A stretch of DNA of 8,951 nucleotides, from assembly GCA_001949185.1 (NCBI GenBank), contig BDGG01000038.1, positions 1 to 8,951 on the forward strand, written 5' to 3'. Shown here in pieces: positions 1 through 8,055 of this stretch. A program made the translations under genes and the position numbers. Every line of letters begins with the position of its first letter. The first letter of the stretch is position 1. Source of the DNA: Ramazzottius varieornatus. Its lineage: Eukaryota; Animalia; Tardigrada. The notes beneath the pieces were generated by a model. The model made no database searches, was not told the origin of the DNA, and was given only the letters and a program-made list of their open reading frames with translations.

Positions 1-2521
1 TCATCGGTTTCCAGTAGTTCCGCTTCTGGGTACCACGGTAAGACGCATCCTGGTTACAACCGTTCTACTTAACCCATCCGGAAAATTTCTTCTGCTAGGT
101 ATCGGATCCTGCCCATGTGATTTGACAACAGTCATATGCGATACAAACTGCTGCTGCGATCCGAACTGTACAACCAATGACAAATTATCCTTCTCAGTCG
201 ACTGCCAGCAGTATGGTCAAACCAATGCTGGATACACGACCGCGCAAACATGCGTTGCAGCGGATTCCCTGATTTCAAATAACTCGAACTACCAAACCTA
301 TCGAGCAGCCGATAATTCCTTGTGCCTTCTTTACGACAACTGTAAGACTCAGCGATATGCATCAGTCTTGCGCGTTGATAAAACCGAAAACGAATCAGCT
401 GTTCTACAGACGCACCGCGGCAGTTCTACCAAGAAAAACCAACAAGTGTCCATGCCGCGGACTTCGATCAGCGATGGATAGCCCGTGGACTTCCCAGCGG
501 ACCACTCCTGCCCGTTACGTCCGTGTCGTCGATGGTAGGCCCGGCAATAATTGTGAACGAGATACTTCAACGCCGACCGCTTGTTTTCAAGGTACGGGAT
601 TATGCCCAACCAACCATATTCTTTACCCGTGATGGACTTGGATAACGGGTATTCTGATCAACCCACAGGTGAGCGATCCTTTATTCGTGGTTCCCCTTTC
701 CGGCGGCATGGTGCGCCCATCGCAATTGCCGGTAGGGTTGGACAATTTTCCAAACTGTCTATCGTTTTCTCAGATAGGTATACCATTTAAAACACCTTGT
801 TACTTTCCCCAGCGCTAGCTTTCGTAACATTGATTTTTATTTGGTAGCTTTTCTGGAGCCAAGTTCCTCCAGCTGCGTTCTTCAAGTTACCACACCGTCC
901 CAATGTACCAGCTCACCGTTGCTTCAACTGCAAGGCTACCTCAACTCGACTGTCGTCGCTTCAGCCCCGGCATTGGCTTTCCTCCAACAAAATTTTGGTT
1001 CCAACGTTGATTTCACTCTGCTTGCTCCTGAAGATACCCAAGCACTCTTCGTGCCTATTCGGTTGGCCACCCTCAGTTCCCCACCTGCAGATGGCACCAC
1101 AACAGACACTGCAACTACAGCACCGGCATCGGTACCCTCAAACATTCCCACCGTCCAACTGTCCGCAGACGGGCAGACTTGCTCAAACGTAGTCAATACC
1201 GTCGAATACGTCATCACGCACAATGCTTCCATCATCGTAGGCGTTGTGGTGAACGCCGTTCTGTCGACCATTAACGCCTCGAATGCCGCTGTGCAGCAAC
1301 AGCACATTGTTCGTTTCGTTCCATGGCTTCCTACCAACAACACAAATGGCTATGAAGAGCCGCTACCTCGCAGCGGCAATCCCGGGTACCTGGACGGATA
1401 TCCAATACTCGGTAATACAATGGCTTTACTCCCTAGCTATAGAAACTGCGCTCTCTCGCTTACCTTGATGCAAACCTTCTAGAATCCCACTAGACTTTGG
1501 TTGGTCGTTGAGTTATACAACTACATTGCAGTGAGCTCTGGTTTGGGTTTCAACGACGTCGGACTGCCACAAAATCTTAGTCAAGTACCAGTTCGAGCAT
1601 TGGCACTTCCTGGTCTGGATCCGCTTGGAGGATGCAGTACATCAGCCACCGAGCAGGTCCGTTTCGGCCAAAACATACAAATGTCGTGCCTGCAGTACCT
1701 GGACATCGAGGACCCGGCTGCGGCTTGCTCCAGTCTTCAGGCATTAATTGTAAACACCTTTGAGTCTGCTGGAGCCACCCTACCGACTAATGTATCCGCC
1801 TTCGGCAATGGCACAGTGTTTACGGCAGACAGTTCGGCGTGGCTACCCATTCTTCGAAACTTCGTACCGACAGCACCATCGGTAGTTTTCTTCAGGCTGG
1901 AAAAGATTATGTAAATTGTAATGCTTCTTAAACTTCGCAAACTGACGTCACAAGGCGCGTAAAGTTTACGGGTATGGTGACGTACACGACACATACTTAT
2001 CATGACGTAATGCGCAAAGTTCAAGAAGCATTACAGTACTTACCAGTGTTTGACAATCGAGCCACCGTTTTCTTTGACAGTTTTCGGCTCCCAATATGTG
2101 CTACGGAGTGATTCGTGGCTTGAGTATCGAAGTATCCTTTGCAAAAGTGGGTTACGTAGCGAACCCACAAGCCAGGATCAGTGGTGTTTATTACCGCTTC
2201 TCTCCTCCTGAACAGATACCCTTACAGGTAGGTCACATACTCTCTATCTTTTCCCATTCCTACAGACGATCATGTTGCTGAGCACTGCCTTTCCATTTGA
2301 AGTGTCCTTTTTACGGATGTACAGCATCGAACACCACGCCGGTGGAATCCTTATTACCGGTGGAAATTCGCCTTGCCGTCTCCTTCTCTGACTTCACTCC
2401 GTCAACTACCAGTTCCGGCAGGACGCACTTCAGGGGTTCCTCCAGGGGACCCTTTTCATTGTTTGGTTGCAGTACTCTTTTTTGGCTACTTTTGGAAAGG
2501 CAGTTTGGCAATTCGCTGTAA
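1..2521 (+). CDS. TCTN: Tectonic family protein (ciliary transition zone, MKS module), 5'-partial, 8 exons, about 581 aa visible
   Basis: Exons <1-37, 99-341, 410-518, 592-668, 848-1411, 1532-1881, 2081-2227, 2303-2521 join via GT-AG introns into one open frame (1746 nt, stop TAA 2519-2521). Tectonic signatures: CPCDLTTVICDTNCCCDPNC, LCLLYDNY, SLP...DQPTAFL...C, CSNVVNTVEYVITH, PRSGNPGYLDGYPIL, VRFGQN..MSC, AKVGYVANPQARISGV, AVSFSD, and a hydrophobic C-terminal tail. The exon 3 donor (GTCCGT at 519) is the least certain junction. Confidence 0.9.
1917..2035. mobile_element. About 120-bp MITE-like foldback element in tectonic intron 6
   Basis: TGTAATGCTTCTTAAACTT (1917-1935) is the reverse complement of AAGTTCAAGAAGCATTACA (2017-2035) with 1 mismatch in 19. 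Internal TGACGTCA/TGACGTAA pair and CGTAAA-G-TTTACG palindrome. No clean TSD. Confidence 0.5.
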
Positions 2522-2765
2522 CCATCCATGTTCACTGAGCGATAAATATTCTTGCTGGATATTTTGAGTTTTCGGTTACTTCCGGGTTCTCCGTGCCTCA
2601 TTTTGATGCGGCGGTGCGACTAACGGATTAGCTGATCTAGCAGTTAGTTAGCGTTTCGCGGAAACTCTTCGAACGTAGCGTAAACCTTGATGTACTGACA
2701 CTCTCAGCACGAAGCTTTTCGTGTTCGCAGAATACTACCGTCCTCATCGTGTATGCAATAGTTTG

Positions 2766-2805
2766 ATTGGCTGAAAGCATGAAATGGGGGGCGGGTTCAG
2801 CCAAT
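2766..2805. promoter_or_regulatory. Inverted CCAAT boxes flanking a GC box
   Basis: ATTGGCTGAA (2766-2775) and TTCAGCCAAT (2796-2805) form a perfect 10-bp inverted repeat, with GGGGCGGG at 2788-2795. No target transcript identified. Confidence 0.3.
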
Positions 2806-3235
2806 AGTCAATTTCGATAACTTTGAGATTTGCAAAGTTGGCAGGCCGTCAGGACCAACTTGAAGAAGGTAGAGCGCCCATCTTCATTTTTTCCTAAACT
2901 CCGAGATGGTATCCAGATTTCTTTCACGCCTGGTTTCGGTAGAGAAATCTGTCCTCTGTGTTCCAGATTATTTCTGGACGAATGCTGTATGAATGTGCCG
3001 AGTGAGCACATGAGAAGTGAATTGTGGCCATCTTCACCCGAAATCGTAAAACTTTTCTCCAGCGTTCAAGGATTTCGCTGACCGCTGGTCATTAGCCTCA
3101 TTTTGGGGATAAGATTGAGTTAGAGGCAAACAAAAAAATCCCAGCCAGAAAGACCAAAAGGTGGGATCAGGAAGCGAAAAATACGGACGATTGTATACAC
3201 AAAGAGGACGGTCGTACTCAAAGTGTTAAACTTTA

Positions 3236-3289
3236 CGAGGAGGAGGCAGTGGAGTGGACACCCCAAAAATTGACATCGGAGTGGACACA
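3236..3289 (+). repeat. Left terminal inverted repeat
   Basis: CGAGGAGGAGGCAGTGGAGTGGACACCCCAAAAATTGACATCGGAGTGGACACA, containing the direct repeat GGAGTGGACAC at 3251-3261 and 3278-3288. Confidence 0.95.
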
Positions 3290-3679
3290 GCCATAACCCA
3301 GTAACCGATGGGTCGATTTGCTTTGCTTATTGCTCAAACGACAGATAAAACCTTAACAACTTGTTTGCTACCACACAAAAGCTGAGAGAGTTTCCAGAAC
3401 GTCAGATTTTTCGTTCGCGAGCAGGAAGACTCGAACCAATGTTAAAGAGCCTACGACAGAAAGTCACAAAGGGCCGCCAGGGGCGCGCATGTCTTCGCTT
3501 GCTGTCATGATGACTACGTCACCGGGCATTTTCATGCTCTCTAATGCCGTCTGAATGAAAGAAATCGTCTTGATGACGTACTTCCGACAGAATTTTCATT
3601 TCGCACGGTATGGTGATGGACTACTGTGCCAAATATCATAAAGGATTCCTGTAAGTTGTAACTCATCTTCCTGATCTTT

Positions 3680-5776
3680 ATGATGGCTTCTTCCAAACTC
3701 AAGACTGCTGCCGAGGTCAGCAGAGAACTAATGGATTCTGCTCTCTACGCGGTAAAGAAATCTGGAGTAAGCAAGAAGCTTGCGGCGAAGCTCTTTGGAG
3801 TGTCTCGAACGACGCTCGGCAGACGTCTCCAGAATCCGCGTCCAGAACGACATGGTGGCCGAACAAAGTTTCCAGCTCAGGTGGAAGACGAGCTCGTGGA
3901 TCTGCTCACTTCTTGCTGTATCATGGGGATTCCCCTTAATCGCTATCACTGCTACCAGCTGTTTTCCCAGGTTGCAATTGAACTAGGTAAGGGAAACGTT
4001 CCAACAAAATCAGCCGATCTAAAATCATCCTGTTATTCAATTCTGTTTTGTTCAGGCTTGAAGAACACGGCATGTTCCTCCACGTCGTTCAAGAATTTCT
4101 TGAAGCGGCACAAATCTCTTTCCTTACGGATTAGTCACGCTTCTAACCGAAAACAAGACCGAGAGTGGACCATGGAAGTTTGCGAGCAGTATATCTCCAA
4201 GTTGCAAAAACTAAAAGATGGAGGATTCCTCGATGCACCTGAACAGATCTGGAATCTCGACGAGACCGCTTTTCACACCTCGCAAGTCGTCGATACGGTG
4301 GTTGGGGTAAAAGGACTGAAGCTGGTTCCTTCGCAGTTCAACGGTAATGCCAAAGAATGTGTTACAGTTCTTCCATGTGGAAATGCAGCCGGACTTCAAC
4401 TAAAGTTTCTCGCCTTGTATTCGGGAAAACTGCACATTCAGTCTCGCCTACAAGATACCCATAACATGTGTTATCATGCTGTGAACGTGTCTGGCTACAT
4501 GGATCAGTTGATATTCGCAAACTATGTCAAGACGGTCGTGTTTCCGGCCATGACTGCTGAAAAGGTATGTGATCATGAATGCCGCTCATGACGTCACGAA
4601 GACCCGGCCTAAGTACGAACAAAACTTCGTTACGTCATGCGTGTGATAGCGAATTGCGGGATTCCCCGAATGTGACAGTTTCATCTTACAGAACGTGATT
4701 TTCGTGGATGGACACTTTTCCCATGTCAACAACTTGTTGCTTGTTCGTTATTGCCGGGACCACTTCAAAGAAACTGGTGTTGAAGTGCAGATCTTCTGCT
4801 TTCCTTCGGGCCAAACCTCTCGGCTGCAGCCTTTTGACGTTTCAGCGTTCGGTCCAATGAAAAAGAAATGGAACGAACATCTACGCAATCGTCGAATTAA
4901 AAAAGGCATCGTACGTTAGAGAACCCTTGATTTATTCGTCCTGACACTCCATTTAAAGTTAACGCCCAGATTCTCCCCTTTTAGGTCACAAAAGACACTT
5001 TCCTCTCGCATTTAGTTATGCTATGGTTCAAGACGGAAGGATGCCCCGAACAGTTTGCTTTCGACGTAGGACCCACTCTGCAGTCAGGATTTGCTCGGTG
5101 CGGCCTATACCCTTTCAGTCCAGTAACCATTCGAGCAACCGTGAAGCCTTTTAACGACCCAACCGTCCTAGAAAGCGGAATCCGCACAATTGAACCAGAC
5201 CAAAATCACGATGAACTGTTTGAGCTGCTGGCAAGAAGATACCACATTACTTCTAGCGACCACCACGCGGAAGTAAAAGAATTCGTTGAGAACGTGCAGC
5301 GCGGAGTAACTCCGGCCAGTGCACTCGCCCGTGCACTGGCGAAATCTTTGATGGACGATGCGCCGAGAAAAAAACGACTGCAGAAGAACACCATGCTCAA
5401 CCTTAAGGCTGGCGCACTGATCACGTCCGATGAGTTCGTGGAGACGGTGGAGAAAATGCAAGCGGATTCCGCAGCCAAGAAAGCTGCGTTGAAGGCGGCG
5501 GATGCTGCTACAAAAGCAGCCTCTAAAGCAGCAGGAAAAGTAACAGCGAGTGCTGCGGAGAAGGCGGCGAGAAAAGCGGAGAAAGCAGCTGAGAAAGTCG
5601 CAGAGAAAACGGCGAAGGCAGCAGAAAAAGCAGCTACGCAGGCTGCAAAGGCAGTGGAGAAAGCTGCTGCGAAACTCGCTGCTCGGGATGCCAAATTGTC
5701 AAGAATACAAAAGCGAAAGACTGTCGATGATATACCACCACCGAAGAGAGCAAGAAAAGAAACGTGCAAAGCGTAA
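3680..5776 (+). CDS. pogo/Fot1-like DDD transposase (HTH_psq-type + CENP-B-type HTH + DDE_1), 4 exons, about 608 aa
   Basis: Exons 3680-3986, 4056-4564, 4692-4910, 4985-5776 (introns 69, 127, 74 bp; donors GTAAGG/GTATGT/GTACGT, pyrimidine-rich AG acceptors) give 1827 nt in frame. Motifs: AAKLFGVSRTTLGRRL (psq-type HTH); VEDELVDLL...GIPL...FKNFLKRHKSLSLR (CENP-B-type HTH); IWNLDETA (D 4259); VSGYMDQLIF; FVDGHFSH (D 4707); LQPFDVSAFGPMKKKW (D 4836); SGFARCGLYPF. Confidence 0.93.
5462..5695 (+). repeat. Ala/Lys-rich low-complexity region with degenerate 11-aa repeats in the transposase C-terminus
   Basis: 78 aa with 36 Ala and 17 Lys. Units: AAKKAALKAAD, AATKAASKAAG, AAEKAARKAEK, AAEKVAEKTAK, AAEKAATQAAK, AVEKAAAKLAA. 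Confidence 0.8.
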
Positions 5777-6121
5777 CCGAAAGGGCTTCTGAGCTTAACT
5801 TTAATACGGCGGAATCCGCAGTTAGTACGAGATTTTTGCCACTTTTCTGACCAGTCCCAAATTTGCCTCTGACCGTTTTATATTGTGTGTAAGAGCAAGG
5901 TGCCTGTTCTAATTAGATAAGTGCGGAGTAAGTTACTCTGTTGGATGCGGAGATAAAAGCTTTCCCAGTCGGTCAGAAGAACTGTGAAGTCTGTGATGGA
6001 TGCACCAGCGAAAGTGATGCCGCATCTGAAATTGTCAATACCGGACCGCGCCAAAACAATACCGCAGTTCTTTTGCGGTACCAAAAGCCAACTACATGTG
6101 CTGCCATCGCATACCGCAGAG

Positions 6122-6175
6122 TGTGTCCACTCCGATGTCAAATTTTGGGGTGTCCACTCCATTGCCGCCTCCTCG
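6122..6175 (-). repeat. Right terminal inverted repeat
   Basis: Reverse complement CGAGGAGGCGGCAATGGAGTGGACACCCCAAAATTTGACATCGGAGTGGACACA matches the left TIR at 51/54; followed by TA. Confidence 0.95.
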
Positions 6176-6486
6176 TATACGTAGCCGGAAAGAAACGAGG
6201 GACCGACTTTGAATTCGGTCTATCAAATATGTCTACGTGGTCGCAGCATTGCTGGCATAGCTACGACTACCAGCCATCCCCTGTAAAACATGTAAAAAAT
6301 AGAACCAAAGAAAAAAGTATACCGCGAAAGTGAATTAAGATACATCCTCGGGTTGAACACACACCAAAGAATGCTGACGGCCCTTCAGAACTGAAATGTG
6401 CAGAGAAACGAAACCGGTTTGAATCTAAAGATTGTGTAGCACCGAACGACCCACAGGTAATAGATTATGATCAAAATATCTTTCGA

Positions 6487-7942
6487 TCATGCAAGGCTCC
6501 ATGCGAGCCGAAATTCCAGTAGTGAGTCGGTGAGCAAACTTCTGGCTCCACGAGCGCGCCCACCTCGAGCTCGGGTAGTAGCCGCACCGCGACCACGTCC
6601 GTTGGCGGTACCGTTGGCTGGTGGCATCTCTTCGTCCGATTCATCAACCTGCAAAAAGAAGAAGGGGAAACCCAAAACAAAAGGTTTTGAAAGCTCGGCC
6701 ACAAAACTCGATCCGAACGTTTTGTCAAGTGGTGCGCGTATTAGATGATAGCCTGCGCCACTTGGACCAACCTTCCGGCTGAATTTGTCCGCCGAACTGT
6801 CGGACACCGACAACGAAGTCAAGAACATTACACACTAAAACCTAGGAGCCTCTATTTTTCCAGAATGAAACATAACACCTTGTGTTTTACAGTTCGGATT
6901 TTCCAGGAAGTCCGTCTCCGGAATCTAATTTCATGTGTTAGAACGCCGATTGTGTTACCTGAATGATGGGGGCTGCCGCTTTCGGTGCAGCTCGCGAAGC
7001 CGCCGCTCCTTTCTTCTTGCCAGCACCCTTTGAACGCCAGTCTTCGAAGTCGTTGACGAAGTCCGACATGTACTTCTCGTTCTCCGATCGGAAGGTCCTC
7101 AAGCTATTCAGCAACTCCTCTCCCGGGTCTCCGCTCATCTCGGCCAACGACAAGTACTGCAACGCCTGAGCTTTCTGATATTCGTATGCGTCCAAGATGG
7201 CCTCCCTATCCTCCTACATAAACACACTTCCGGTTATAAAACCAATCTGCAAAAGTGTGAGATCGGCAAACAAACTCGACAAGTTCGTTTTCACAAGTGG
7301 AGCACAACTCCAGTGTTATCAACTGGAAGCGTGCGCCACTTGGGCGAACTGAACGAGATTGTTTTCTCAAATGGCGCACGAGCGCAGAAGTATAAGCCGG
7401 ACGGGTGCGCCACTTCGACAATCACCCTGTCGAGTTTGCTCACTTTGCCCAAATAGTGATTCCACACTTACGTTGTTCACAAACTTTCGCAGCGCTTCCG
7501 TCAAGAACTTTGAGTTGAAGACCATCAGCCCGGAATCCGACTTATCGTCGAAGTACTTGACCAGGACATCTTCGATCGTCGCAGTGTCCAGTTCGATCAG
7601 CGGCTTGATTTCCTTCGACACGCCGTTGCTCACTCCACCATGACCATTCGTATGAGCGTTCTCGGCCTTTCTCTTCAGTGGCAGAATGATATCTTTGGGG
7701 TTAGCTACCCTACCGAAGAACTTCTGGCCGAAGAGGATTGGGTTCAACGGTTCAATGTCGCCGAAGTCGACTCTCAGCCGCACCAGTGGTTGCTTGGGCT
7801 GATGTGGACCTTTGGTCTCTTCCACGCGGCGAATGATACGCTCCATTCGACCGGCCAGGAAGGTCTCGACTTCGAGTCGAATCGTGTCAGGAATGCGGAA
7901 ACCAGCGCGGTGTGTGTCGACGAGCATTGCTTGCTGTGTCAT
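6487..7942 (-). CDS. MRE11: MRE11 double-strand break repair protein, C-terminal half only (capping/DNA-binding region, Rad50-binding helices, GAR motif), about 295 aa in 3 exons
   Basis: Exons 7942-7472, 7213-6959, 6648-6487 are joined by phase-0 GT-AG introns. HQPKQPLVRLRVDF...FGQKFFGRVANPKDII and LTEALRKFVNN|EDREAILDAYEYQ match MRE11 as recalled (human QPEKPLVRLRVDY...RVANPKDII; FVDKEEKDAI...YQ). GRGRGAATTRARGGRARG is a GAR motif. The true 5' end and the last codons are uncertain. Confidence 0.88.
6692..6798. mobile_element. Degenerate foldback/MITE-like element in an MRE11 intron
   Basis: The left arm AGCTCGGC...CAAGTGGTGCG (6692-6736) is an imperfect reverse complement of TGCGCCACTTG...GCCGAACT (6754-6798). 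Confidence 0.5.
7263..7450. mobile_element. Nested foldback element related to 6692-6798, in the other MRE11 intron
   Basis: Outer perfect inverted pair CAAACTCGACA (7271-7281)/TGTCGAGTTTG (7428-7438). Four alternating-orientation copies of a GTGCGCCACTT-like motif at 7295, 7331, 7369 and 7405. Confidence 0.5.
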
Positions 7943-8055
7943 CCCCTCTCCCGTTGTTCATGGTATCTTTTGCGAGGAAGTTTGCCTTCTTCATTTCATC
8001 CAGTGTTTGAAACAATCGGTGTAAATTAATTTTTGATCGACGATTTTTCTACACG

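Larger units (their letters stand above)
3236..6175 (+). mobile_element. Full-length pogo/Fot1-like (IS630-Tc1-mariner group) DNA transposon, 2940 bp
   Basis: 54-bp terminal inverted repeats (3236-3289 and 6122-6175; 3 mismatches), TA on both flanks (3234-3235, 6176-6177), and an internal transposase gene. Confidence 0.95.

Noticed and set aside
535-591. GTAGGC at 535 as the tectonic exon 3 donor
   Set aside because: It gives phase 0 and leads to a stop at about 652. The tectonic-like YG...SLP...PTAFL frame needs phase 2, supplied by GTCCGT at 519.
936-1343. 135-aa minus-strand ORF
   Set aside because: Antisense to tectonic exon 5.
2808-3081. Short overlapping ORFs between tectonic and the transposon
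   Set aside because: No recognisable motifs or coherent exon structure.
5206-5769. 187-aa hydrophobic Ala/Phe-rich ORF on -
   Set aside because: Antisense shadow of the Ala/Lys-rich transposase tail.
3680-5776. Fragmented or pseudogenised transposase (three separate ORFs)
   Set aside because: The gaps are canonical introns and splicing restores one open frame.
5878-6333. ORFs over the transposon 3' region
   Set aside because: They overlap or cross the right TIR, have no recognisable homology, and are likely chance ORFs.
6649-6828. N-terminal part of ORF 6487-6828 as MRE11 coding sequence
   Set aside because: It overlaps a foldback element and a strong polypyrimidine acceptor at 6649, so it is best read as intron.
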